A DNA stretch of 64,000 nt from a virus. Made by a program: the position numbers and the translations under genes. Where the stretch lies: the IMG/VR virus record IMGVR_UViG_3300002460_000024, positions 10,835 through 74,834 of that record. One strand, given 5' to 3'. The notes below the pieces were generated by a model. That model saw only the letters and a program-made list of their open reading frames with translations, was not told where the DNA came from and ran no database searches. Positions 27,458 to 38,649 of the stretch are shown here, piece by piece (the first letter of the stretch is position 1; each line of letters begins with the position of its first letter).

Positions 27458-30400
27458 TCTTCGATATCTTCTAATTCAATTTCAGGGACATATTTAATCC
27501 AATCCATATCTTTCACATTGTATTTTATACCGTATTCGCTGCTAATTCGGTAATAAGAAATAGTGGCCGCATCCTTTTTGGTGATCTTAATTACCTTCTC
27601 CCTTTCGTCATCCCCAATTTCTTCATATTCTACCTCATGGTAATCTAATAGATCCTCTATTTTTTCGTCATCATTTAAAGTCTCGTTTAGCATTTTATAC
27701 CACTCTCTACCGGCCATTGCTTTATAGACATACTGCTGATTCTCTGTTGTAGGTAGGGCGACGCCATTTTCGTCATATAATTTTAAGTCCGAAAACTGAC
27801 CTATTTTCTTAGTCAAATTTAAACTGGCAAGCTTTTTCCATACCGGATCGCCGCCCTGTAGCCCAAACCAATGTTTAAGCGGTAAAAATTGCTCACCCGG
27901 ATATGTTTTTATGGGAAATCCAAATACATCTAATTTCGGTTTATCCAGGTTCCATCCATTATAAGCGGCATACTTCATAATATCTTCGAAAGTATCTACC
28001 TTATATTCATACTTCGAGAAAATATCATCAATTTGGGTAACTAAAGTAGTATTTTGAGGTAATGGCTTAGTCATATAGCCCAGGGCTGTCTTTAAGAACT
28101 CCATTCCCTTTTTCTCTACCCCATTAATCCGATCATCAAAAACAGTTGTTACTAATTTATTAACACCCTGTACAAATGATTTTTCAAGAAAAGTATTTTT
28201 AGAAGATAGTACCGACATAAATAATTTCTCATTTGCCCCTTTGCCCTCCTTCCATCTATGCAAGTCCATATAATTACCAACAATAGTCAGAGGAATATCT
28301 AGAGCAGGAATTAGTCTATATGGCAGCCAATGACCACCAATTCTAATATTTCCTTTAGGATAGGTGTTTTCCATATTGGCCGACTGCTCATAATTTAATC
28401 CTGCGTGACTGCCGACAATTATAATCTTATCCTGATCATCATCATCCATATCCATTTGAGACATCATAATCGCTGCCAGAGTAGTAAAGGCGCCCATACC
28501 AACCCACGCCCTACCCATTTGATCATAATATGCTTTTGATCCCCTTTCTCCCATTTGAGTTGATCTAATATCCTTATGCATATATGATAACGGCCCCTTA
28601 ATTTTCTCAGCAAGTCCGGTTATTCCCAATCCATTAGCCCGAAGCATTCCATAAACCGGTGTATAATCCACCATGTAATTAAACACGTTCGAAACAATCT
28701 TGGTAAATGGAACATATAACCTAGATACTACTCCAATTGGGTTTTTAGACTGAGTAACGGTTGATAACATGTAAGCAGCCATTCCAATACCTCCGCGATA
28801 ATCCCCGCGATATACCATTGTTTCTGCTGATTCCTTTGCTTCTGCCACAGCCTCTTCATTCCTTCCGGCCCTTAATATTTCTATTAATCGGATCGTTTTT
28901 TGCGACACGGTTAATGTATTGCCGGTAATCTTTTCATACACCTCGGCTTCTTTTAGCATCTGTGTTGTAGCTGCCCCACGATCATTACCCCCTATAATCT
29001 CGTTATAAACAGCCTCGTAAAGATCCTTTCCGGTTAATCCCTTTTCTACAAACTGCCTTCTAACAGAGGAAATAAACTCCGATTCCTCATTAGTCCTAAA
29101 AAATAAGGCATCTTGGGCCTGGAGCATTCTGCCTACATATTTATAAAACTCCACATATTTCAGGACTGGAATATTAGCTATCCTTTTATCCTCTAGGGGA
29201 GACATTTCAACTTTTGAGCCTCCTTGAAATTGTCGATCGGCAAACTTATCGTCTAACATTCCATGTTGTAGAATATCCAAAATCTCATTAAAAGTCATTT
29301 GCCGGTTATTCTTTATGCCCTTGAAATAATAAATGGGCTTCATAATGGTTTCGGCTAATGGGCTCCCATACAAAAATACTTTCGGATCTTTATTTTTAAT
29401 GGCATCTTTTAATGCTTTGAAGTAAAGTGATGGGTTTAGTGGATTCTCAATATACTTCGCTGCTACGTTAGCTGCATTATTGGTGATGTTTATAGTAGAG
29501 GTCGATAATCCAGATAGCATCGATGAATACCAAAGCGCCCAATATATTTCCATACCGGAGGCTCCATACATACCTGATATGCTCTGTACTAGTTGTTGAA
29601 TAGCTCTTTCCTTAAATTTACCCTCTGTTTTTTGTACCGCCTCTGAGTACTTTAAAATATTCTCAATTTGCCTCTCGCTCAAAGACTTTACCCCAAATCT
29701 TTCTCCAAAATACTCTAATAAAACCTTCTCGTCTACTAAACCATTTAGATTCAAAGTCTCATTAATCTTGCTGATTACAGAGTTTTTATCTCGCTTTGCT
29801 TCCTTCATTTCTTCGGTAACTTTACCCCTCTCTTCCAGTTTACCAAAATACTTTTCAACCAGCTTTATAGCGCCCCCTTTGGTTATTTTATTAAACTCCT
29901 CTTCAATAGCAATAGCAAGCTCATTAGCTGTTTGCCCTGTTACGCCGGCATCCTTTACTAATCGATCGATTAGCTCCTGCTTTGTTTCGTTTCTTTCTGT
30001 GAAATGCGACGTAATTATCCCATCAATCTTTTTACTTCTCTCACGCAAGGCTTGTTTTACAGAACTTTCAACATCTTCAATCGGATTCTTAACTTCAACG
30101 GTAATAAATTCCTGAACCTTATCATATACGCCCTCGAAGTGCTTTGCTAATTTATCCTCATCAAAAGAAACATTTCCCATTTGGGCTTTTACATAAGCAA
30201 TTGCTTTTTGAACAGAAGCACTTAACTTAACCCCCTCTTTAATGGCTTTAATCATTATTTTCACTGCGCCCTGAATAATCCCTGGTGGAATAAACGTAGC
30301 CGCCATAAACCCCTCCATGCCACCGAGATTCTTGTCAGCCCATTTATCTATAGCTGCAAGTTTCCTGCGGGTTTGCTCGTCAATATCTTTTTGAGTATCG

Positions 30401-33400
30401 CTTAAAACCTTCTCTCCTTTAATTTTCTTTATCCTTTCTGAACCGATTACCTGTTTGGCTGCACCCCTTTGAGCTCCCTTATATCCTTGGGTGGCTCTGG
30501 TGAATTTGCGACGTCGTTTTTGGCCTTTTGGAGATTCATTATATCTTTTTATGGCTCTTTGTACTGATAATAACACCGCTTCTGGTGTCATTTTATTCCA
30601 AAGTGCCATTATCTGACCACCCTGGCCCGATAAACTCATCCTTTCTCCCACCGCTTCGGATAACTTTACCACCTTATCTAAAAGTTTAGCCCTATCCTTT
30701 CCTTCGGTCTTGGCCGCTTCCTGACCATAATAATCCATCAAGACTAATCCTAATGTATTCGCCATTAAATTATCTTGAATTGATACATTTCGGTCCATGG
30801 CTAATTCTTCTGCCTCTTCAACTCCATATTCGTCAATAAACCCCTGAGCTAATTGAACTGATTCTTTATTAGTTACCTCTTGGTAAAATAATGGGTCTTT
30901 ATCCAAAAGGGCTTTTACTTCTTTCTTTCCTTCGTTTTTACGGGCAGTCTTACTTAACCCACGCTCCTTTTTCTTAAATTTCTTTCCACTGGCCTCTTTA
31001 ATCTGAACCGCCATTTGTTTTTCAACCAACTTTTTATTTTCATCGGAGAGGTCCTTGTACTGTTTTGGGCCCTTATCTGAATTAAGCCATTTAATTGCAT
31101 CAGCAATGCCATCGATCACTTTACCTCCGGCCTCTACGGTTTGGGCTGCTATCTCTATTGCTGCTGCATACCAATCGTTTGTGGTAATATCTATTTCTAC
31201 ATCATTACCATTCTCATCCTTAATGGTAAGGGTTTTCTTTTTAGGTGCCAGCTTCCTGATATTATCAGCTATCTCCTTTGTGGCTTTAGTGGCGACGCCA
31301 ACTTTGGGCTCCTTTGTTTCACGTGAAACCTCCTTAACCGGCTCTTTTGTCTTCTTTACTGGTTCACTTTTCTTGCTTTTAATATTTACACCCGTAACCT
31401 TTTTATACTGATCCTCTAGCGCCCTTAATGTAAGTTCGCGCTGCTTCTTGTACTGGTGGGGTCCACCGCCATATTTTTCTATAAAGGCAATAATTTCCTT
31501 TACTTTAACACCCGCTTGTTGTGCTATGGTATCTAATGGAAGGGCTTTCGAAGAAAACCACCCAACAGCCGACACAGATCCGTCTTTTACTTTGTTTGGC
31601 TCTCCCTCCTGGTTATAATCTTTCGCCTGCACTCCGTTTTGAGAAACAGCCTCAAATATTTTATTTTCTGTATCCACTTCATCCCGAATTCTTACTTTCT
31701 CGTTCTCCCAGGCCTCTTTAATTTGGGTAGGGTTGGTAGAAGTTTCGGCTATCTCGTCAGCCTTGTCGGTTTCAGCCATTGGGCCTTCTTCCACACCCGC
31801 CTCCAATCTTTCCTGATCGTACTTTTTAATCTTCGAAGATTCAAGATAAACCGTTCCTTTTGGGGGTGTTTTTTTAGTTTTGACGCGATTTTTGGTAACA
31901 AACTTTTGAGTTTCTACCTTATTGCCGGCAGCATCACGCCTAACAATCTCGTCGCCCTCCCGAACATACCTTACTTTACTATCAGAAGATTCGAACACTG
32001 TACCTTGTTTAAGTTCAGCAAACTTGGCCGATACCTCATCCATGGTAATATCCTCACCGTCATAATCCTTCATTTGCCCCTGTTCGTCAACATAGAACAC
32101 AGAGTTTAATAACTCCCTTTCTTCTGGAGTGGGTAATGGGTCACCCCTATCAGTAAAATGGGTATCTATTAATTCCGCTTCTTTTTGGTTCCTTTCGGAT
32201 TCGGACAATACCTCTTCCTCTGAAAGAGTGGTTTCCGGATAATCTATTTCTTCCGGGAGAACCACTCCACTTGGCTCAGTCGTTTCTCCGCTTGTTCCTT
32301 CGTTAAGTTTGGCTGGCTCAAGGCTTTGTTCGTTTTGGACATCACTTGATATCCCTGTTTTGTTTTCACTATCATATAATTCGGTTATTTGTTTTAATAC
32401 TGTTTCATCATTGATGACGCTAAAGTTGGTGCCTCCCGATCTAATATCGGCCATCACTTCCGGCTTTGCCATCTCAGCCATAAATATCTCTTTTGGATAA
32501 GAATTCTTACCTATAAAATACATAGGCGCCTTACCAGCCACCACTTCCTGAACATTCTTCTCCATATCCTTAATCTGGATATCATAAGTTTTCAACAGGG
32601 TTAGGTCCGTGGTATTAGCCTTTAATTTCTCCAGAGCATTAATATCGTCGAGCTTACTCATAATAACATGCTTCTGAGGGGCACTTAAATTTGCTGGTAT
32701 CTCTCTGCCCTTCAAAAATGCAAACTCCAATATCCCCATAGCTTCCAAATACCCTGGTTCATCTATATCTCCCCTACTCTTCAAAAGCTCAAGCCCCGCT
32801 TTGTTTTGCTTATAGGTTTTTTCCATATCGGGACCCTCCATTAGCATATCATACATGGTGGCCAATTGATACTTTGATTCTGTGCCGGTATTCTTTGCGG
32901 TGAGGTCTGGTGCTGCCATTCCGAAAGACATTGCAAACCCTACCATAAATTCATTGGTTCCCGTAGGACTGTTTAATCTATCAAGGAAGGTTTGGTATGG
33001 GTTATGCGACGCGATTCTTCCCTGGTCCACTTCCTGCAGACCCTCCGTTATACCCTCTCCGGGTGCCTTAATCAGTGCAGATTTGAACCCTCTGGCCTTA
33101 CCTAATTTCGTAAAGGCAAACATCATCTGCCCTATATTTATTGCTAAATAATTTAGATTTTGGGTAAAGGTGTCGGCAGTGTTTTTGGCGGCAACCTCTA
33201 CGGCTACCCCATTTTGAAGTTGTGAATTAAAATCAGAACCCGCTTCAATAGTGGCATCAAACACCGTATTTACAACACCTGCAGTAATTCCAGAAGCTAC
33301 CGTTCCTTCTATCCCTGCACCAACCACTCCGCCAGCCGCACCACCAGTTACTAGTGATCCACCTATCATAGCTATCATCATTGGCGCCGAAGGAACCATA

Positions 33401-36273
33401 TTGGTTATATACCAATCCGGATCTGTAAAACTCCTCCATCCGGAATATTCAACCTGAGATTGTGGGTTGGCTGAATTATAAGCTGCCATCAGGTCTCCCC
33501 ATTTATTTTGAGCTTCAAAATCTCCCAAATAACCCATAGCGCCCCCAAAAGAATCGAACATATTTAAAATACCTCGTCCAAATTCAGTACTTATCTTTCC
33601 TGAATTGGGAATTGTATAGGCTCCAAACTGGTAGTCCGGCTGGTTCTGGTAAACTTGATTCGCCAACTGGTTTACTTTGACATATCCTTCCGTTAGGTCC
33701 TGATCAAGCTGGTTGGTCATTATAGCATTCCACGCATCGATTGATTTTTTTACCGCTTCCTGGTCCGTGGGGTCTATATTTTTATAAAGTTCGTTCTTGA
33801 ATATTGCCTCCTTATCCTTTACATATGCGGCATCCACGGTTTTAACTATACCCTGCAGGTGGGCTTGAAGTTTTTTGTTGGCTTTGGTAAACATCTCGGA
33901 CTCGTCGGCTTGGATAGCTGCAGTCGTTTGATCAAGTAATGTTTGCCCATCAGCCAAGCTCATTTCTCCTTGAAATATCTTTTGCTGGATGGATTTTTGG
34001 GCCTCTTCTAATATAGGTATGGTAGATCCAATAAAATCAGCATGTTCTTTTTTGAATGCCAGGTTAAAAGAATCGCTTTCTAGTTTTAAAGTGGAGTTTA
34101 GGTTATTATAGATGACGGCATATTTCTGGTTTACCCCCTCAATTTCTTTCATGGCACTATTAAAGGAGGCTTCGAATGCTTTTGGGTTAGTTGGCACTAC
34201 CCCTTGATCTATGGATGTTTTAAGGTTTTGATAGAGGGGTGACGAGATTATTGGTATGCTCTTATATCCCGTTTGGGCGCCTGTAATCGGGTCGTACTCC
34301 CTTACAATTACCTCTTTATCACCATTAATGATACCCTTGGTTACTGTTTCGGCCTCAATGGTTCTTTCCTGTAAATTTCGATATGCCTGATACCCGTTTT
34401 TAACATAAGCGTCAATTTCCCGAAGTTGTGATGGTGTAATATCCTTGGTATTCACAACCGTACCGTCCTCCATGGTAAAGGATTTGTTCTGATTTTGGGT
34501 AATATAATCTTCTACCGTTATGTCGAATCCTGGCGAGTCTTGGATGTTCCATTTGGTTACGGTTCTTTGATCTTGCTTACCTTCCTGAAAGTCTTGTTCT
34601 GCCACGCTTAAAATAGCATCTTGTGTTTTATAAAGCTCTCCCAACAGCTTATTCCCAAGAAAGGAATTTACCTCATCTCTAGAAATACGGGCACCGGCCA
34701 ATAAAACCTTCTCATATTCAGGGCCGTTTTGGGCTATGAGCTCCTTAAACTTGTCATTATATTCAATGGGAGCTTTGTTTTTATCATGAAGATCTCCTAA
34801 AAAGGTATCTCCAAACAACATGCCGGTTGGGTCAGAACCCTCCTTTCGATCGTACTCCAATCTGGGCTCAATTAAATCATTATAATCTGATTTTGTAATT
34901 GTGACGGCATCTTTGACGATTTTTTTATGCTCATCCATATAAAGATTTCCGATATCTGGATCGGTTAATATCTTGGTTTGAGAAAAATCTACGTCTAATT
35001 CAGGCAATCCTCCTTTTACTAAATTCCAATCTGATTTTATGGTTGAAGTTGAAACGTCGGGATCGGGGGTCGTTTCGCCAGTAGATCCCGTACTCGCGGG
35101 TTTATTTTTTTTTTGCCCTACTTGACCAAGTGGGGTTTCGAGTTCAACAAATTCTTGTCCTTTCCTGACAAATTCCTTTGCATCTGGATTCTTAGATTGG
35201 AATACTTTTATTTTGGCAATGTCGTCCGAGGCATACCTTACCTTCTTATCTCCTACCATAAAAAATCTCCATGGTTCAGTTGTGGGTGGCGTAGCTTCTC
35301 CTTCGGGTATTACTGTTCCATCTTGGGCGACGAGATTATTGGCTTGCCCATTATTGTTTTGTTGATGATCAAATATTTTATCCTTTAAAGCCTCATTGTG
35401 GGCTATAATATTCTTTACGTGGGGCCGATTATCACCTTTAAATTTATCAATTTTTGCCTGCACTAATTTATAGGCTTTGGCCGGAACCATCCCATGCATA
35501 TCTGCCGGAAAGTCTTTAGTGGCTGGTATTTTGATGGCTTCATTATCTTCGTTATCAGAATAAACACGACCCTCTTTATTGGTCATATCTACTATTTCCC
35601 CCTTCTCTGCCTCTAATTTTTTACCGTTGGCAACTATATCTTCCCCTCCCTTTTCGTGGGTATCACCTTTAATTTCAACTACTTCGTCTCCAACCTTATC
35701 AATAGCGCCGCCATCCTCCATATAATAAGCCCCAAACCTACGAGCATCTGTATAAAAAGATTCCCCTTGATTAAAGCTCTTAGGTACCTGTAAAACCTTA
35801 TTTGTGCTCTTACTTAGTGGGCCGGTTTCCATTGGCAGGTACATATTTCTACTTACCGTACCAACCCACCCTTCATTATTACTTTTATCTGTAGCTGTTT
35901 TTACAGGATTCCATGTTTTTGGATCGTTTCCTTGACTACTTACCATAAAATCAAGATGTTTTTTATACTCTGGTTCGGCTTGTCCAGCGGTATAAATGTC
36001 CTGATAAAGTGTTTGAATAACTGGAAAATCGGCTTCCGTTAAATCGTCAGAGGCTGTTAAGTTTTCACTAGCAACAAATTCGGCAAATTTTTTCTTATAA
36101 AAATCCTGGCCACTTGAGTAATTTCCGAACGAATCATTTTTATCTAGTAATTCCCATTTTGAAGCTCCCTTATCATCTTTTGGAAGCTCTGATACCGCTC
36201 TATCATTAAAATAAACTAAAAATTTATTCCACTGCTCGGCCTTTTTATTAGAAATTGGAATGGGTCTTGCCAT
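27454..36273 (-). CDS. Giant internal virion/DNA-ejection protein (2939 aa)
   Basis: Size, position, GDTHEKGG..EAEKGE motif, Gly/Ala hydrophobic segment, helical C-terminus with PFTK motif. Confidence 0.7.
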   Translation of the reverse strand: MARPIPISNKKAEQWNKFLVYFNDRAVSELPKDDKGASKWELLDKNDSFGNYSSGQDFYKKKFAEFVASENLTASDDLTEADFPVIQTLYQDIYTAGQAEPEYKKHLDFMVSSQGNDPKTWNPVKTATDKSNNEGWVGTVSRNMYLPMETGPLSKSTNKVLQVPKSFNQGESFYTDARRFGAYYMEDGGAIDKVGDEVVEIKGDTHEKGGEDIVANGKKLEAEKGEIVDMTNKEGRVYSDNEDNEAIKIPATKDFPADMHGMVPAKAYKLVQAKIDKFKGDNRPHVKNIIAHNEALKDKIFDHQQNNNGQANNLVAQDGTVIPEGEATPPTTEPWRFFMVGDKKVRYASDDIAKIKVFQSKNPDAKEFVRKGQEFVELETPLGQVGQKKNKPASTGSTGETTPDPDVSTSTIKSDWNLVKGGLPELDVDFSQTKILTDPDIGNLYMDEHKKIVKDAVTITKSDYNDLIEPRLEYDRKEGSDPTGMLFGDTFLGDLHDKNKAPIEYNDKFKELIAQNGPEYEKVLLAGARISRDEVNSFLGNKLLGELYKTQDAILSVAEQDFQEGKQDQRTVTKWNIQDSPGFDITVEDYITQNQNKSFTMEDGTVVNTKDITPSQLREIDAYVKNGYQAYRNLQERTIEAETVTKGIINGDKEVIVREYDPITGAQTGYKSIPIISSPLYQNLKTSIDQGVVPTNPKAFEASFNSAMKEIEGVNQKYAVIYNNLNSTLKLESDSFNLAFKKEHADFIGSTIPILEEAQKSIQQKIFQGEMSLADGQTLLDQTTAAIQADESEMFTKANKKLQAHLQGIVKTVDAAYVKDKEAIFKNELYKNIDPTDQEAVKKSIDAWNAIMTNQLDQDLTEGYVKVNQLANQVYQNQPDYQFGAYTIPNSGKISTEFGRGILNMFDSFGGAMGYLGDFEAQNKWGDLMAAYNSANPQSQVEYSGWRSFTDPDWYITNMVPSAPMMIAMIGGSLVTGGAAGGVVGAGIEGTVASGITAGVVNTVFDATIEAGSDFNSQLQNGVAVEVAAKNTADTFTQNLNYLAINIGQMMFAFTKLGKARGFKSALIKAPGEGITEGLQEVDQGRIASHNPYQTFLDRLNSPTGTNEFMVGFAMSFGMAAPDLTAKNTGTESKYQLATMYDMLMEGPDMEKTYKQNKAGLELLKSRGDIDEPGYLEAMGILEFAFLKGREIPANLSAPQKHVIMSKLDDINALEKLKANTTDLTLLKTYDIQIKDMEKNVQEVVAGKAPMYFIGKNSYPKEIFMAEMAKPEVMADIRSGGTNFSVINDETVLKQITELYDSENKTGISSDVQNEQSLEPAKLNEGTSGETTEPSGVVLPEEIDYPETTLSEEEVLSESERNQKEAELIDTHFTDRGDPLPTPEERELLNSVFYVDEQGQMKDYDGEDITMDEVSAKFAELKQGTVFESSDSKVRYVREGDEIVRRDAAGNKVETQKFVTKNRVKTKKTPPKGTVYLESSKIKKYDQERLEAGVEEGPMAETDKADEIAETSTNPTQIKEAWENEKVRIRDEVDTENKIFEAVSQNGVQAKDYNQEGEPNKVKDGSVSAVGWFSSKALPLDTIAQQAGVKVKEIIAFIEKYGGGPHQYKKQRELTLRALEDQYKKVTGVNIKSKKSEPVKKTKEPVKEVSRETKEPKVGVATKATKEIADNIRKLAPKKKTLTIKDENGNDVEIDITTNDWYAAAIEIAAQTVEAGGKVIDGIADAIKWLNSDKGPKQYKDLSDENKKLVEKQMAVQIKEASGKKFKKKERGLSKTARKNEGKKEVKALLDKDPLFYQEVTNKESVQLAQGFIDEYGVEEAEELAMDRNVSIQDNLMANTLGLVLMDYYGQEAAKTEGKDRAKLLDKVVKLSEAVGERMSLSGQGGQIMALWNKMTPEAVLLSVQRAIKRYNESPKGQKRRRKFTRATQGYKGAQRGAAKQVIGSERIKKIKGEKVLSDTQKDIDEQTRRKLAAIDKWADKNLGGMEGFMAATFIPPGIIQGAVKIMIKAIKEGVKLSASVQKAIAYVKAQMGNVSFDEDKLAKHFEGVYDKVQEFITVEVKNPIEDVESSVKQALRERSKKIDGIITSHFTERNETKQELIDRLVKDAGVTGQTANELAIAIEEEFNKITKGGAIKLVEKYFGKLEERGKVTEEMKEAKRDKNSVISKINETLNLNGLVDEKVLLEYFGERFGVKSLSERQIENILKYSEAVQKTEGKFKERAIQQLVQSISGMYGASGMEIYWALWYSSMLSGLSTSTINITNNAANVAAKYIENPLNPSLYFKALKDAIKNKDPKVFLYGSPLAETIMKPIYYFKGIKNNRQMTFNEILDILQHGMLDDKFADRQFQGGSKVEMSPLEDKRIANIPVLKYVEFYKYVGRMLQAQDALFFRTNEESEFISSVRRQFVEKGLTGKDLYEAVYNEIIGGNDRGAATTQMLKEAEVYEKITGNTLTVSQKTIRLIEILRAGRNEEAVAEAKESAETMVYRGDYRGGIGMAAYMLSTVTQSKNPIGVVSRLYVPFTKIVSNVFNYMVDYTPVYGMLRANGLGITGLAEKIKGPLSYMHKDIRSTQMGERGSKAYYDQMGRAWVGMGAFTTLAAIMMSQMDMDDDDQDKIIIVGSHAGLNYEQSANMENTYPKGNIRIGGHWLPYRLIPALDIPLTIVGNYMDLHRWKEGKGANEKLFMSVLSSKNTFLEKSFVQGVNKLVTTVFDDRINGVEKKGMEFLKTALGYMTKPLPQNTTLVTQIDDIFSKYEYKVDTFEDIMKYAAYNGWNLDKPKLDVFGFPIKTYPGEQFLPLKHWFGLQGGDPVWKKLASLNLTKKIGQFSDLKLYDENGVALPTTENQQYVYKAMAGREWYKMLNETLNDDEKIEDLLDYHEVEYEEIGDDEREKVIKITKKDAATISYYRISSEYGIKYNVKDMDWIKYVPEIELEDIEE

Positions 36274-36305
36274 GTTGCTATACTTTTTTCAAAGATAGTA
36301 ACTTT

Positions 36306-36710
36306 TTAGAACTTTATAACTCGGTGTGGGTGATAGTAAAACACGGTATCATACATATCATAAGGGGGAAAATGAAAAGGCTGTGAAACAACTTGCCCAG
36401 TTCCATCAAGTACAGCATCATAAAATGTAGGGTTCCATTTTCCATAAATCTTTTTAGATGGATAAGACTCTAACCAGATAGCATCTTCGGAACAGCTTAA
36501 AATATGCCCACCTTGCAAGTAATAGGTGTATATCATTTGCCGATTAATGGTTATTTCAACAGAGGAGTCGGTTTTATAAGCTTCTATTATTGACCCATAA
36601 TTAATAAATATACTGTCATATTTTAATATGCACCTTATATTCTCACTTTTAAAGGACTGGGCCTGAATTAAATTAAATCCAAGAATCAGTAAAAAAATCA
36701 ATTTTTTCAT
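36306..36710 (-). CDS. Secreted/periplasmic hypothetical protein
   Basis: Signal peptide MKKLIFLLILGFNLIQAQ. Confidence 0.65.
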   Translation of the reverse strand: MKKLIFLLILGFNLIQAQSFKSENIRCILKYDSIFINYGSIIEAYKTDSSVEITINRQMIYTYYLQGGHILSCSEDAIWLESYPSKKIYGKWNPTFYDAVLDGTGQVVSQPFHFPPYDMYDTVFYYHPHRVIKF

Positions 36711-36774
36711 TCTTCTGTTTTTAGTATAACGCTATTGTAGTATTGGTTATTGTTGGGACGACGCAATTAATCTC

Positions 36775-37170
36775 ATTTTTTTTCGTATAAACGGTCTCAG
36801 GTCTGACTATTCAGAGAAGGAGATAGATTAGGAGGAAAGGTCTTCAAAAAGAGCTTACAAAAAACAATGTAAAAAATAAGCCCTTTTTGAAGACCAGACT
36901 ATTCGTCGCTATCGATGAGTTTATCGGATGAGGCTGTTACCGGAAAGAGCTTTCCAGTCCTGCGTAACATTTAACTTCAAGGAACTTTATTTATCTGATC
37001 CAAACCCGTAGGTAAGTGTGGCCGCTAAAGGATAATGTGGCTTATATCCAGTTTCGGCAAGTCTTAGCTGCTATTAAAAATCGAAGCCCCCGTAGAAAAA
37101 CTTGTGAAAGTTACGCCGGGGGCTATGGATTTTATTCCAATATTATATATGGGTAACGTAACTTTCACGA
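36775..37170 (-). ncRNA. Candidate structured non-coding RNA or long leader
   Basis: Non-coding, downstream of TATATTTG (37173-37180), with multiple inverted repeats. Confidence 0.4.
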
Positions 37171-37298
37171 AACAAATATACGCTTTTTATTAAATAACAC
37201 AATAAATCAAATATTTTTAGGTTATTTACTACGCACTCCGTTCTAGGGGTGTTTTAAGCTAACGGAATAGAGGTCGGCAGGCCCCTATTTATTTTAAA

Positions 37299-38096
37299 AT
37301 GGAAAAAATGAAATGTTGCTCAAAATGTAAAATAGAAAAGGACGAGTCTGAGTTTAAGGCTTATACATATAAGCACAAAAGAACAAGGGAGGTGATGCAT
37401 AGTGTCTTGGGGCAGTGCGGCTCATGTATAAGATTAGGACATGTTAAGTGGACAAGAAAAAAAGGAACTAAGCCTCGCGTTTATAGAGGGGTTCATAATT
37501 GCTTGGATGTATTGCCTTGTTCAAAATGTCACAAAAACAAACCAAAGGGTGAATTTAGGATAAGGGGTGATAAAAAGATGAAACATGATTATTATAATCC
37601 TGACTGTAAAACTTGCGAAAAAGAAAGAGCCAACAATTACTATGCTTCTATAAAAGATAATCCTGTTTTTAAGAGAAAAAACATAGAAAGAGTAAGGGCT
37701 TACGGAGAAAAGCATATAAGCGAAATTAAAATAAGGAAAAACACCCCTGAATATAAAAAGAAGAAGGCTGAATGGGAGATGGGCCGATATAAAAGAAAAA
37801 AGGATGAAATAAATGCAAAACAGAGAGAGAAAAGAAAGAACCCAAAACATAAGAAAATGGTTAGAGCTTATAGGTGTAAAAACAAAGATAAAATTTACAA
37901 ACAAGAAGTTATTACAAAAAAAAGGTATGCACACAAGCATAGAGATAACCTAACCGATAAATATATCAGCCGTCTATTAATATCGCAAGATATAGCAACA
38001 AAAGAAACCCTTAAGCAACATCCTGAAATTATTGAAGCTAAAAGATTACAAATACAAATAATAAGAGAAACAAAAACAAGTAAAAATGGAAATTAA
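37299..38096 (+). CDS. Basic protein with two Zn-finger (CxxC...CxxC) modules
   Basis: CSKC..EF...CGSC and CSKC..EF...CKTC; K/R-rich helical tail; no HNH core seen. Confidence 0.75.
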   Translation: MEKMKCCSKCKIEKDESEFKAYTYKHKRTREVMHSVLGQCGSCIRLGHVKWTRKKGTKPRVYRGVHNCLDVLPCSKCHKNKPKGEFRIRGDKKMKHDYYNPDCKTCEKERANNYYASIKDNPVFKRKNIERVRAYGEKHISEIKIRKNTPEYKKKKAEWEMGRYKRKKDEINAKQREKRKNPKHKKMVRAYRCKNKDKIYKQEVITKKRYAHKHRDNLTDKYISRLLISQDIATKETLKQHPEIIEAKRLQIQIIRETKTSKNGN

Positions 38097-38292
38097 CACA
38101 ATGAGCGATTTAATCGCAGATCTTTCTAAGGCTTATGAGAGTCTTAGGGAAAACAAACTTGGGCTTAATGAAGCCAAGGAAATTTCAAATATTGCAGGTA
38201 AGCTAATAAAAGGAGCTTCTGTGCAATTAAAGTACAACCAATACATGAAGGTGGCGGATGAAATTCCTTTTCTAAATTCAAAAAAGGAATAA
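38086..38292 (+). CDS. Small helical hypothetical protein
   Basis: 68 aa, overlaps the upstream gene. Confidence 0.7.
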   Translation: MEINTMSDLIADLSKAYESLRENKLGLNEAKEISNIAGKLIKGASVQLKYNQYMKVADEIPFLNSKKE

Positions 38293-38359
38293 TCTACAAG
38301 TATTTGGTAGCGGCGATATTTAATGGTTGCCGCTACCAAATTTAACTAAAAACAAATTG

Positions 38360-38635
38360 ATGAAAAAAGGTGATAAATACAAATTAATAAAAGACCTTCC
38401 AAGTCCAACCGACCCCTATTATATAAAACACTTTAAGGGAGATACCTTATTTATTATAAAAGATATTTCTAAAAGAATTGTTTTGGTTAGTAAAAAACAA
38501 AACCTAACAAAAGGATTTAAAATAAATAAATCAAACTTAATATTTAACTCTTTTAGCCATTTAAATAAGCCAACTCGCTTAAACAATTGGGACTATTTGG
38601 TTGATTCGAAGCACTTGGACCTTATCTTAGACTGA
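38360..38635 (+). CDS. Hypothetical protein
   Basis: ATG at 38360. Confidence 0.55.
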   Translation: MKKGDKYKLIKDLPSPTDPYYIKHFKGDTLFIIKDISKRIVLVSKKQNLTKGFKINKSNLIFNSFSHLNKPTRLNNWDYLVDSKHLDLILD

Positions 38636-38649
38636 ACAAAAAAACAATT

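Noticed and set aside
37299-38096. HNH homing endonuclease
   Set aside because: Zn-finger modules are present but no HNH or GIY-YIG catalytic motif is visible.
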